A stretch of 63,496 bases of DNA, counting the filler, from Intoshia linei (taxonomy: Eukaryota > Animalia > Orthonectida): the NCBI GenBank assembly GCA_001642005.1. It is 8 parts of 8 records of this genome, joined end to end, with 100 filler letters (N's around TTAATTAATTAA, not from the genome) between each part and the next. Parts side by side here need not be neighbours in the genome. Positions count along the whole stretch, not along the records: positions 13,186 to 32,643 come from LWCA01000731.1; 7 more parts are not named here. One strand, given 5' to 3'. How positions within the stretch are numbered: position 1 is the stretch's first letter; each line of letters opens with the position of its first letter. Shown here piece by piece: positions 14,385-27,660 of this stretch. The notes below the pieces were generated by a model that saw nothing but the letters and a program-made list of their open reading frames with translations, ran no database searches and had not been told where the DNA came from. A program made the position numbers and the translations under genes.

Positions 14385-15630
14385 AATACGAGTTGCGTTA
14401 TTTTTGAAATGGAGTGTACTACACATAAAAATAAATCCATTGTCGTAGATAGTATAGTATCCGACTTCCCACTACATAAAAAGGCGATCAACACTTATTA
14501 TTTATCAATAAAAAAGATTCCCAAACCTAATCTCACGCTAACTACGTTGTCTTTATATGCTACCTTGCAAACAATAGTATTCCATTCGAAAGACATTAAT
14601 GCCGTATTTTGCTCAAAGTTCATGGAGTTGAAGCGACGCATTATATATTATCTAAAAGATCATGTCAAATTGTATTGCGACATGTCACCGAAAGAATTTG
14701 CACATGAATTGACAAAGATAGATACAGACGTGAAGTACCTGTTTAGCGGTGATGATTCTATTTTGATAAATAAGCATAGTCATGTCGAGGTCGATAAATA
14801 AAATACGATAAATCACAGAGAACTGTTGCACTAAAGTTTGACTATGTTGTTAAAATATTACGGCATTCCACAATACTATATTAATTTGTAGTACAACAAT
14901 CATTTCTTGTCAATAATTTACAAACCTTTGATAAAATTGAAGTGAATGGTACCGTCCCAGCGTAAATCCAGTCATGCGTCCACTTTCATACTTGATACTA
15001 GTGTGTACAACTACTGTGTTTTTTTTACTCAATACGGTACTAAGTACTTTTTTTTGCTTAAAAAAACTCGGTACAGTACAACTAAGTACTTTTTAAATTT
15101 TTAAAACTCAGTAAGTACTTAAGTACTTTAAAAAAAAGTCAGTAAAAAGTACTTTAAAATTTACAATACATCACAAACAATTACATAATAATCTTTATAC
15201 CATTAATAATTATTTATTATATTATACATATTAATAAATTATTGATGTACAAATATTGGTGTATATTATATAGGTATTTAACAATAAGTGAATATAAGTG
15301 TAAATAAATAACCATATATAATACAAGTGTATAACAAAAATGTTCCATCACTATAATGTAATTTAAAACTTATAAAATATTTACAAATACAAATACATAA
15401 ATTCAACGTAATTAAAAAAATTAGAATCAAAATATATATCAAATAATTAAGTTAATTAAAAAGTACTTTTAAAAAATTTAAACACCCTAATTAATACTAC
15501 GTTTCTAATGGGTATATTATCAAACTAGACAAGGTTTAATGATTTTACGATTGACATAAGTAATGGTTTTAATGTTGATTACTCCTCGTCGAAATATGCT
15601 TTGAAACTTGTATAAAATCAAATAAATTAG
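14385..15630 (+). pseudogene. Endogenous viral element: virga/nege-like (Martellivirales-type) RdRp with permuted motif order C-A-B
   Basis: IKKIPKPNLT...YATLQTIVFHSKDINAVFCSKFMELKRRI resembles tobamovirus-type ALQTIVYHSKKINAIF. Motif C FSGDDS at 14742-14759; motif A EVDxxKYDKSQ at 14787-14818 (frameshifted); motif B QRKSSHASTFI at 14958-14990, resuming as NTTFLMGILS after the MITE at 15490. Confidence 0.9.
14999..15489. mobile_element. hAT MITE inserted into motif B of the viral RdRp
   Basis: TIRs TAGTGTGT / ACACCCTA, internal AAGTACT(T) repeats, and a degenerate 8-bp TSD CTTGATAC (14991-14998) / ATTAATAC (15490-15497). Confidence 0.8.
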
Positions 15631-16739
15631 AGGGATCATCCCATTATTTCCCTCGTTAAACACTTGCAACAAAAGTAGATATCTATTTAGCAGTAGCTAA
15701 CAAAAAGGAAATATATTGGATGACGCAGCAATCGAATATTACCTCTCAGGTCATAAAGGACGTGATCACTCCATAATTAGGACTGTGACCTGTACAATGA
15801 GGAGATCTCAGTGAGTGATTTGTCAATGATTGCTGAATAATTTGCAGGCTGGAATTTAAAAAACATTTACAGATTTGTTAGCTCCATCTTGTTAACAGAC
15901 ATATAAAGGAAACACAACAACATCATGTCCAAGGATAAAATCAAAATGTTTGACTCACGGTCAATAATATGATACCACATGTCATTTGAATTGGGCAAGA
16001 AGAGTGCTTACCCTTCTAGAGCACTATCTCACCTTTACACGTTTTTCATCACGTATCTGGCTTCATGACTCTACAATGCAATACTCTTTGCAATATACTT
16101 GTTTGTGTATTGTTTGCTCATTGATATCTTAAGCAGATACCAATAATTTCAAAATCTAAATCAAAAAGTATTTCAAAACAAAGTTATGTTGGTTGGTTGG
16201 TCTTTCTAACGAAGAATTCACCATATAAGAAATGAAAGAAAACAATACCAAATTAAAACATCTCATAATTTGTAATGATATTACTCAGCTTGTACAGAGA
16301 CTTAAAAAAATATAAAAATTGGAATGGAAATGGAGTTTTTTTTACATTCAATTTTGAATTAAACAAAATTTATCGTGTCATGTAGATTTATTTGAATTTG
16401 ATCAATATCAATAATATAAAAATAGCAAATATAGTAAAAATAGCAAACCGCTTTTACATAAAATTTACATTTCTTGCAATTAAAAAGATACGCTATCAAA
16501 TATTTTTACATATGTTTACATACTTTCATACCATACGCCCATTAAATGTTAAAATATAGAATAATTACAGTAGTTATTGTCGTATTCCAAAAGTACACTA
16601 AACCAAAAATGACTTTAAGATGAATCCATCAGTTTACATTATTATGTCATCCATCAATTCAAATTCACAATATTATTATAAATACATAAATATTATGATT
16701 TATGTTTATTATTATGCTAATCAAAATTTAGTATAATTA

Positions 16740-17380
16740 TGCACAATTCAACATCACTTAATGTTGACAAAACGATAAAATCATGAAAATGTTGAATAAC
16801 GAAACATCAATAAATAAAATAGCTTTAAATTTAAAACGCGATCATCGCACAATCCGTTGATATATAGAAAACCCCTCCAACAAAAAAAAAAAGCAAAAAG
16901 ATCATTCCAAAAAGTATCTGTTAAAGATATATCCCATATTAAACTAAAAATGGTTCGAAATCCTCTTAGCACTTCTTTATAGATATTTACTTAATCAGGC
17001 TTAACTAATATACCCAAAACTACGAAATATAGAATATTAAAAACGTTTGGTAATGTCAGGCATGCTAAAAATAAACCAGGTTTAATCAAACGACACCTGG
17101 AATTGCGACTATCATGAGTTAAAAATCACATAAAGATAAATTTTTCAAATGTAATTTTTACCGATGAAACCAGAATATCTTTAGATGGGCCAGATTCGTA
17201 AAGTAAGGGTTGGTTACTAAATAACTAATCACCACCAAACCGTTTAAGGCGTCATCAAGTGGGTGAGAGTATAATAATTAAAGCAGGCATTGTGAAAAAC
17301 ACTATTATTGGACCTTTCAAATTAAATGATGAAGTCAAAATTCATTCTGAAACATACTGCGCGTTTTTAAAAAATTTAAT
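16740..17380 (+). mobile_element. Tc1 transposase remnant
   Basis: KPGLIKRH...NVIFTDETRISLDGPD...AGIVKNTIIGPF...SETYCAFL with stops and frameshifts. Confidence 0.8.
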
Positions 17381-19039
17381 ATGTAAAGTTTATTTACATT
17401 TTTTTTGCTTGCATTTAGTTTGAAATACAATAGACTATATAATTTAAATATTTTAAAAAATTTATTTATTCGTATTAACATTGAAATTATTGTTTAATAT
17501 TGATTTGCATAATAATTTGGCACACCAAAAATCACAAAATTTTCTTAAACCTTCGTGTATTCATTTTTTTTGAATACATAACAGTTTTCTATAGACGTTA
17601 AAGTATTATTAGTTGAATAAATAAATATTATAAAAAAATTAATAGAATGAAGTGACTCCTTTTTAAATTATTAATGTTTTTAATGTTTGCATGATAACTT
17701 GAAACGCAGTGTATAATTATGTAATAAAGACAAAGAGATTTGATACGATATAAATACGATATAAAGTTATATTCATTCTAGAAAGGACTGTAGTGCATTT
17801 TACACGAAAATTCTTCGTTAGATAGATCGAAGCTTCAACAGCAAATATATATAAAATAAAATGTTATTATTAATTACATAATTAACACAAAATTATAAAT
17901 TAATAAAATTTGTTATTTTTGTAAATGACTCGACTAATCTTCATCGACCTTTAAAAAAAATAATTAATTGCAACATATACTTATTTCAACTCGTCAATAG
18001 AAATTGAATAAATATTAATAGTTATTGCATAAATAATAAAATATTTTGACATATAGTGCCGGTCAAAACACTTGGAACCGCCCAGATAATGTTCATTAAA
18101 ACTTAGTTAGATTTTCAAATATCAGCAAAATACATCAAAACCTTAAAATGGTGGACTTTAATGTAGAGGGAAATACAGATGTGGACAGACTACCTGCTCC
18201 ACAACAAGCTCGCACTCACGTAACCGACGGATCTAAGGCTAAACAATCGGCAATAATGGAAAGATATACCAATCAATGTACGAACGTGGACATACAAAAC
18301 AAAAAAAATATAACAGGAACTGGAAAAAATCTAACAACCGGTAATCCGCCAACGAATATCGAGCAGCTATGCAATCCAAAATCATCTTCTCAGTCAGACA
18401 CTAATACGTTGAGAAGGGACAACAGACATTAGCGACCTCTAGTACATCCAATCAAACTCAGAAAAAGCATTGGCACAAAAAGTGGTCCGGGATGCGTAAT
18501 ATAAATACAAACTCTATGTGTAGCGGTAGATCAAATATGAGTTACTCCAATCGGGTGAGCGGCGTGAAAACAGAAATAGGCAGGGATCTATTCAATGTCT
18601 TCCGTAAATAGAGAAGGAATACCCCCATGCCGCCATAGTATTTCGAGATAACAGGAAGATTCTTTCTTCTTTATCTAGGGAACAACAAATAATATTTTCT
18701 TCTTACATAGACATGGTAAGGTACACTGTGAAAAGATTGGCTGGGTTTGTTAACCAAGATCACTTACCACGGAACATTGTATCGGAAATAATAAACCATG
18801 GTATAGATAAACGCGTGTTCACCAGAGAAGTCACAGACTTCTCCAATGTCAAATTTACAACAAATGTTAAAGACAAGTATTCGAGACAAGCGAAAACTCT
18901 CAAAATACTATGTAATAGCAAACTGATGAAACGTACACTAAATCTTTGACAGAGATAATTAAAAACGTGAAAAAGTGGACTGGTTTGTACTCCGGACAAT
19001 GGAATATGATGTGGCCATACTAGTTGTTAAGAGAAATAA

Positions 19040-20257
19040 GGTAGAAAAATGAATAAATAGCGTTAAATGTTTTGTTTGTGATCTTGACATTATTATGGGG
19101 TTACAAAAGTGAAAGATAAAATATCCATGTATATTTTGTCTTTTTTATGCGACGACTAGAATCCATCATTATTCAACCCTAGTTTAGCGACTAGAAATGA
19201 AAATGTTATTGGTAAATATAATGCCAAATTTCCTATTCTTATTCCATCAAAAAACATCATCCCTCCTCCGATCCTTATTAAATTTGGACTTGCTAGACCA
19301 TTTATTTGTAAAATTCAAAGAAACCCTCTTAATTTTCCTACAGTAAATCATGTTATAAAACATTTGTTTCCACATATATTCGATGCAAAAATATTAAATA
19401 GAATTTTTAGCGGACCACAAATAAAAAAATTTTTAAATGTAAAGAAATTGATATTTCTATACAAAAATTCAATTACGTGCTTGGAAATCGTTTAAAAATG
19501 TTGTAAGCAATTTTTTATATAATAAACGGGTTACTAATTACCGTTCCCTCGATACTAAATTAATGGATGCGTATTGTGCAATGGGATGTCTTCTAAGTCC
19601 AAAAATGTATTATTTACAATATAATTTAAATATGTTTCCTTATAATTGCGGAGCCTGGTCCGATTAGCATGGTGAGAGGTTCCACCAGCAGCTCCTCATT
19701 TAATAAAATTATTTATAAAATGCAAAAAATTTTATTTTATTTGTTTATTATATAAATTTTTACTTTAATTAAATTTTATATTCATCTATCTATATTTTCA
19801 AATTTCGATCTCATTATTATCATTATTAAAAATGACGGTATTATTAAATACACAAAAAAAATATCTATATGATCAATTTTAAAACTATCTGCTATAATTT
19901 TTATTAATAAATTGTACTAATTTAATGTAACTTGTGTTTTATGAAAATGTATTTCTTTTCATATATTTTATTTTTTTAATTTTTTAAAATAAAGACAATG
20001 TCTAATAACACAGAATTACGTAACAAAATTGTGTAATTGTACTGTTAATTCATTCTTAATTACAATTTTAAAAATTAGAAAATGTATAATGTTTATAGTT
20101 ACTTAGTTATTTACACATTTTAATTACTAATTTAACAACGATTTCGATCTGGAAACATTCCAAAAATTATATCAATCTAATTTTCTCAGTTTATATTTCA
20201 ATGGTACATAAAATTATCGATGCTATAATTAAAAAATTTTTATTTTTTGACCCAGTG
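19040..20257 (+). mobile_element. Chapaev3-like (CMC) DNA transposon remnant with right terminus
   Basis: MGLQK.KIKYPCIFCLF, IIPPP..IKFGL, IFSGPQI, AMGCLLSPKMYYL, WSD*HGERFHQ; ends ...TTTTTTGACCCAGTG|TAA. The superfamily name is from recall. Confidence 0.65.
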
Positions 20258-22213
20258 TAATATTATAAATAAATTATATCAAAATTAATTTAGTCACAAT
20301 TCGATTGCCATTGTTGTAATACAACAATAACCCCTAATATTGAAGAATTTTGAATGTCTAGTAAATCTTCAAATTTTGGTGGGCCCTAGAACGGACCGGC
20401 TAATTATTCTTTTTTTTTGATTTGTATCAAAAGAAACGCAGTTATTTATAAATGTGAACAAAGTAATCTCAAACAATTCACAATAGACAATGATGCAAAT
20501 ATAAGCGACTTAGTGATAGCTAACAAAATCTAACAAAATTCTAAATTTAATTTGTGTTTAAAAGTTTTTGAATGAAGCGTATAATGAGATAAACGACACT
20601 GCTGATTTAGATAGAGTTTTGACCAACATCATTTTCGAATATTATTACACCCAAGTTGGACTTGATTTTGAAATAACAAGTAATAATACATATATTCATA
20701 AAGGACTATAAACATTGATCCTATTATGCTACTCCTATAACGATATTCAAACAGATTCTTAAATGCACTAGGGCGAACAGAGTCAATTATCATAGCTAAA
20801 TTAATAATTTTTTAGCATTATAAAGCATTTTTACTAATTATATTTGTTTAAATTAGTGCTACCATAAGTACTACTAAGTTAATAAGTACTACTGTTTCGT
20901 TAAAGTACCAGTTTCGAAATTGTAACAGTGACACTAAGTGGCACTCAACCAAAGTTTATACTTAATTCAATGTAATTCAATTTGAAAAAATTGAAAACTT
21001 TTAATTATTTATGCAAACACTTATATAAACAACCATTTTATCCTTTTTTTTATATCATTGATAGAAAGGAATTTAGTTTTATCTCGTCAAAAAAATGTAC
21101 TATTATATATAACAATGTCGGTAGGTATGCGTATCGAGCCTTTACTTAATATCAACTTAACTGTTTTCAATGTAATAAAATTATCAATAATATCAAAGAT
21201 TTCTAATTAAACATATTGATATAATAATATTTGTTAGTCCAAAAATGATTGGATATATCATTCACACTATAGGCATCGCATATATAGTTAATAGCACAAA
21301 TAATTGAAATAATGATTAAGTAAAGTAACTTAGACCAAAAAGTTAAATCATTTCACTTTTTCATATGATTTTTTAAAGTTACGATTTCATTTTATTTATT
21401 ATTTGTTACCGAATTCTGAAATGCATGGAGAATTCAAACATCTTTAAAAACCAAAAATGACCAAACCAAGCTAAAAATAAATTTAAAAAACAAAACGGTT
21501 CACAAAGAAAGATAAACACACCAAATGGCAGTAATTACCAACATAATTATCCATAGATACAAAATAAAAACTGATTATATATAGAATAGTTATGTTTTAA
21601 ATTTATCTTAACATTTTTATATAAATTTCAATAATTACATTTGAGAAATTAATATTAACCGATTTTATTTTTTTTAAGTGATAAATGCTTCAAATCACAA
21701 AGGCATCCACATGCAAAATTGGTTTTCTAATAAAAAAAACATCAAAAGTGGACACCCTAATGTATAATGTATGAAAGACAGTAGTAAAATTTTTAAATTA
21801 TAAACGAAATTTTTCGTTTCGTGGGTTTATGTTTTACCGTCTAAGACTTAATTTATGTTCTTAACCCAGTTTAAAGATTATATAAAGCTGCATATACAGT
21901 TCATGGTAGTAAAACTATTAATATAATTACATAGAGTCTGTAACATTTTCTTATTTCCATCGGCGGTATATTGTTTATTCTTATAAACACTAAAATAAAT
22001 ATCTATAATAATTTAATGAAATAAACCAGATTAGATGTGTCGAAAGTACCAAACGAAAAAAATGATAAGTTCAATTTATAAATTAATATAGAAATTTTCA
22101 ATCTAATAAATTAACTTATTCCTCGTCAAAAACAATCAATATTTTATCTCTTATCAGCCATGTGTGCTACATTTGCAAAAGAAGATCAACAAATAAGTCC
22201 TATAAAAATAGAT

Positions 22214-22509
22214 CAGCGGTTCTCAAATGGGGGTACTGGTACCATAGGGGGTACCATAAATTATTTTGGGGTACCAATTCGTCTATCCTATGACTCACAC
22301 TTAATGATTCATAAATTATAAATATTTTTATAATTTCATAATAAAATTATGCATCTATTTTTGACGAAGTAGAGTTTAACTAACTATTTATTTAATTTGA
22401 TTTTTTTAATTCACATATAATAGTTACAATAAATAAAAATTATTATGGGGTACTAAATTATTTTTTTTTAGTTTAGGGTACCAACTGCGAAGTATGTTAA
22501 AAACCGCTG
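22214..22509. mobile_element. hAT MITE
   Basis: TIR CAGCGGTT / AACCGCTG with a perfect 8-bp TSD AAATAGAT on both sides. Confidence 0.9.
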
Positions 22510-23049
22510 AAATAGATACAGGGAAAGCTCCGTCAATAATATAAAGACAATTTAATATCTAAAATCAGGTTAATTTCTATCAATACCCCGTCATTCTTGA
22601 AAATAATGCATATAATACAAACGTTTTAATCAAAAAATTTCAAGTTTCGGTGAGGTTTAAAAAGCAAAGTATAAAGAGAGGTATAAAATTACTAATATAT
22701 TTTCTTGTTCTCCCTACGTAAGATTCTACTGATTAAACCCATTTCAACCAAAATCTCAACATTTTCCATTTTATTCAAATTACATGCATCTATTGGAGCC
22801 TAAATATAAATTTAAAAATATATTTGACATAAAAATACATATAATGCTGAAGATAGGTTTTTTCTTGTGCACCCACTTATACCACAACATTGTATATGAT
22901 AATACAAAGTCATAAAATACGGTAAGCCATATGGGTGTATGTCAACACATTTTATTAATATTTGAGATATGGATTTTATTGGGTCTTGGCTGTGGGTTTC
23001 CACAATTTCTAGAATATATGTATTCGATAAAAATAATAGTAACTACTAA

Positions 23050-23400
23050 TAATACTTTAGTCAATATAATTACTACAGTAAAATTATTAAACTAAATTTC
23101 AAAAAATCTTTGATAAATATAATCCGTCAAAAATTTTCCATACAGAAAATAGTCGAGACTTTAAAAATAGTAAACTAGAAGCTTGTAACAAAATATTGGT
23201 TTGTATCGTTCACGGTCAGCCTAGACCCCCAGTCACGAGGACAAGTAGAACGGTTTGTTTTAATGTCATTTTTATTTTATCAAATGTAGTGGCAATCAAA
23301 CCTTAAAGATGTGGATCGGTAAAATGTTGGATGGTTATAAAAAATAGATAAACGTAATAGATGCAGTCGTATTGGTTGATTAACTGAATATGTGATAGAT
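23050..23400 (+). mobile_element. Integrase-like remnant (Ginger/SCAND3-KRBA2 type)
   Basis: PSKIFHTEN..., then HGQPRP/QSRGQVER, resembling HGRPRHPQSQGSVER. Confidence 0.55.
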
Positions 23401-24399
23401 GAATAAGTGTCTTGGTTGAAATCTCAAGTAAATCGATGTAATTTTGTGAATATGTCAGAATCAATTAAAAATAATGGAAGAATTGCGATGTAACATAATT
23501 ATGTCATATACATAAGTAAGATAAATTTCACTATGTCAAAATGCATTCAATTAAATTTATTTATATAAATGTATAATAGTTATAGTGATATACAGACATG
23601 ATGATAGTGATAACAATATAGATGACATGGTTTCTATTATTTTGAAATTAAACGAGCTATTTCATTATCAATCAGTTGTATTTTCAAATTTTCAATATGC
23701 ATATAAAATTAAACGGTTCATGCAAGAAAAAAACTGAAAATAAAATTGTAGAGGTACATGAAGAAGGTGTAATCATACAACTTGATCAAAGAAGTAATAA
23801 ACAGTGCATGTTTCGATATTTTCAAAAAAGACAATTTCTTTTTTGCAACACTTGAATTTCACAAAAGAATAAATTCTTGTACTTCATCACGGCGTCGAAA
23901 GTAAATACACTACATTTACTTTTTTAATTGTTATAGTTACATTGTCTCAAAAAAAAAAACAAGAACGAATTCCAACATTGTGTAGTTTTGGATGATGTTA
24001 TTATTATACTTTATTTGTTAGTAAAATTATTCGTATATAACAGTCTAGGCTTAAACATAGTCAAAAATTCAAGCTGATATCCAAAATATTTGGAATTAAT
24101 GCGAATTTCAATTAATTCAAAAAACAATAGAAAGAATGAGTATTGCATTTTTGGAACTTTTGTCGGAAAAATTGTAGAGCAACATGATACGACCACAAAA
24201 ACTTGATGTAAATTTCCCATTTACATTACTGGCCGTAGATATAACTTATCTAAAGATGTTTAAGTATTATACTATTAATTTTACTTATCTTATTGACATT
24301 TTAGACCACATGGGGTAAAATTAAATGCCAAAAAGATGTACGATAGTAAGAATAAGATGAATGCTTTGAAAAAAGCGGTAGCTGTAATGGCCACTCCAC

Positions 24400-25960
24400 T
24401 TCACTATGCGTTATTTTCTCAGGATGCTTTTTTATGTAGTGAACAAAACTCAGCATTTAAAAGAAATTTTAAGTTATCGTGGCTACCCAAAAACACTTCC
24501 AATTTCAATCAAACACAACGTCTATTATTCAACCGTGTGATCAAAGCATAATACGAACTTTTAAGTCATATTACCGAAAAGAAATCAGAGCTCAAATAAT
24601 AACACAAATTGATAATTGTGATAGTTATAATGCAAATGTACTTGCTAAAAAAATATCGGTTCTTATTGGAGTTCATATGGTAGCAAGTTATTGGGTGCAA
24701 GTGTCTATACAAACAATACAAAATTGCTTTAAAAAAGGAGGATTCAATTAAATAAATACCATAAATCTACATCTCAAATAGATAATAACAATGACAGTGA
24801 ACTATATGATACGGAATTTCAACAATGGGTGGATATTAGGGTGTCACATCGTTTTTAAATTTCTATATTTTTAAAGACGTACCATGTGGACTAGATGTAT
24901 TTTTAAATGCAAACCAAGATATAAAAGACCATTTTTGAAAAATGTAAGTAACGACGTTGCGGTGATGAATTAAGTAATTAGATAAAATATTTGTAAATTT
25001 AAGTTTATTTTTGTATATTTCTAATAAAGTCATCAAAATTTATTCAAAACTGACACTATATTTTGGATTTCTACTTCGTTTTTAAACACATTTGAGGCTT
25101 GTTTAAATTTTTGTAAAGCTCTTTCGGTTGCATTATTCACAATTGGAGCAATACCAATATTTATTAAATTTTTATTTATATAATAATTGTAATTATTATA
25201 CTTTTCTTTAGCTGCTCGAACTATACCTTTGAGATGAATTGATTCAATAGCCATTATTTCCCAAACTTGCAACATTTTTTTGTCATTTTTAGAAGCAACC
25301 TTGGCATCTCCACAGTTTAACCAATATATTATGTAACCATAATATATAAATACTATAAATGACTTCATATTTTTCGATTTGTTTATACCAAAAATGTATG
25401 ATTTTAAACAATAAATAATTTTTGCCATCCATCTGGCCTGAGATGCTGCACCAAGTTTTAGTAATTTCATTGGAGTACCATTAAAAATGCTTGACAAAAG
25501 TTTGCAGCATTCACTAATTTATAATTATATATTATATAATAAGTAAATTATAAACAGAAATATACAAAAATAAACTTAAATTTAAAAATATTTTATCTAA
25601 TTACTTAATTGATCACCGCAACGTCGTTACTTACTTTTTTCAAAAATGGTCTTTTACATCTTGGTTTGCATTTAAAAATACATCTAGTCCACATATTACG
25701 TCTTTAAAAATATCAAAATTTAAAAACGATGTGACACCCTAATGGATATAGATGCAAATATATAAATTATCTCTGATATTAATGTTTTGGACGTGTACCA
25801 GGTAAATAATGACAAAGGTGATTTGTTAGAAAATGAAACTGAAAATCATAGATATTTTACATCTACAATTTTATTATTTTTAAAGTATATTTTTATTTTT
25901 AGAGACACCAGTAACCGATCGTAAGTTACAAGCAGCCTTGAATGTACTACGTCGCGGTGT
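24400..25960 (+). mobile_element. pogo/Tigger (CENP-B-like DDE_1) transposase remnant, interrupted by a hAT element
   Basis: NTTSIIQPCDQSIIRTFKSYYRK...VSIQTIQNCFKKGGF; EFQQWVD|IDAN is rejoined when 24838-25741 and one TSD are removed. Confidence 0.85.
24838..25741 (-). mobile_element. Internally deleted hAT (hATm-like) element with ~187-bp TIRs
   Basis: Long inverted repeats 24838-25023 / 25556-25741 starting TAGGGTGTCAC; flanks GTGGATAT / ATGGATAT; internal ORF 25033-25497 with GAASQARWMAKIIYCLK and VNNATERAL. Confidence 0.85.
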
Positions 25961-26379
25961 ACCACAAAAATCTAAAAGCTTTGAAAACCATTACGAGAGT
26001 AACGTGTAAACACGTAACCTACTTAAAACTATTTCTAATACATAAACATAACTTTAAACTGACAACAACGTTTTACGAAAATATCCAAAATACAAGTTTA
26101 AAATACTTTGTTAATAAAACTATTATATCAATTATTGTTTATACATTGCAACTTTACTACGAGTATGATCGATTCATTCAAAAATTATTACATGCAAATA
26201 CAATACAATCCAAAATTGATGATTATTTCTAGTCCAAATAAATGTTATTCAAGTATTTTTATGTAATATTTTGTATCCATACATTTCAAAAAACCGCTTA
26301 TAGTGATCAAAACTGCTCTGTCCCAATATGATCAATATCAGCGGCGTATACTGTACATATTTTATTAAACTACTTAAAA

Positions 26380-27175
26380 TATTACAAAATGTAAAGCCAA
26401 AACTACTTACCTATGATGACAAATAAAAATTTTCGGCTTTCTTTATTTAAAATTTATTCCAAATAAACTAAAAGTGATAGTACCTATTTTTAAGACAGTT
26501 AAGAAAAAAGGAAAAATCTCAAATGTTAGTAAGATATTCTAATGGTTGAAATCAAAAAAGGTTTGCACACTTTTATGATAAAAATCAAGGTACCAAATAA
26601 CGAATATCAAAATTAATAAAACTTTCCATCGTATAAAAGGTAGTGGACGTCCTCAAATTATCTTGAATGCTGATTTGACTAGAATTCAAAGTGAATTGGA
26701 GCAAATCCAAAAATGGGGTGTACTAAATTGTCAAATATCATGAAAGATCAAGGTAATAAAATTGTTTCACCTCAAACACGAAAAATAATAAGTATGTTTC
26801 GCTAATGACCTTAAAGCATATTCAGTTTGCAAGAAACCAAATTTAAGAAATAGGCATATTGATGCAAGGTTTATATTTGCAAAAAATTACTTGTGGAGTG
26901 GGATAAACTATTGTAAAAACGTTATTTGGTCTGATGAATGCAAAACCAACCATTTCTGGTCCGATGGCAAGCAGTATGTTGGTAGAAAAAAACGAATTCG
27001 ATTCAATTTAAAAAACATTCTCTCCAAAATTAAATTTAACGGAAGTCATTTAATAAATTAGCCATCTTCCAACAAGATAATGACAATAAGCACAAAGCTA
27101 AAATAACCGAATTTTCCAGCACAAGGGAATATACGTGATGGAATGGCCAGCACAGAGTCCAGAGCACTGAGAAAT
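26380..27175 (+). mobile_element. Tc1 transposase remnant
   Basis: GSGRP; KKPNLRNRHIDARFIFAK; NVIWSDECK; IFQQDND.KH; MEWPAQSP. Confidence 0.85.
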
Positions 27176-27199
27176 TTCTCTATCTGATAACAAACTAAC

Positions 27200-27660
27200 A
27201 GAAAGCAAGATATTGGCCATTAAAAATAAATAAGTAAATTATTCTTAATAACTCTAATCAAACTGTTTGAGAAGAATTATAAAAATGTTCAGATTTTAGA
27301 CAAGATTCATGTATTCATATGTTTCTCCATCAATTATCCTAAATCACAACAAAATAAAAACCTTTTCAATGTTATCTCTAGAATTAGCAGAATTTACAAA
27401 ATTAAATATTATTTAAAGTCAACGGAAAAGGTTAATTAATGTAAATTAGTGTGATGAGTTGGGAACGGATAGGCTACCAAACGTTCTACTTTTTGGAAAA
27501 TGGTTTTAGCTTATAGGGATTCTGAACGAGTCTTAGAATTTAAAGAGTTAGCACTTTTTGCACTTAAAGTGTATTGCATCCCAATATGTAATGTTGTAGT
27601 AAAAACAGTTTTTTCTGATCTAAATAATGTCAAAACCAATCAGTTCAAGTTATTCAACAA
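27200..27660 (+). mobile_element. hAT transposase C-terminal (dimerisation domain) remnant
   Basis: FWKMVLAYRDSERVLEFKELALFALKVYCIPICNVVVKTVFSDLNNVKT. Confidence 0.7.

Noticed and set aside
14409-14801. SPKEFAHELTKID as a RasGEF domain start
   Set aside because: The flanking RdRp motifs explain the ORF far better.
15640-16140. Minus-strand retro-protease remnant (HFDFILGHD)
   Set aside because: A single weak motif among many stops; too little support to call.
22560-23010. Minus-strand exon-like segment (ORF 22812-23003)
   Set aside because: No recognisable family, and downstream stops.
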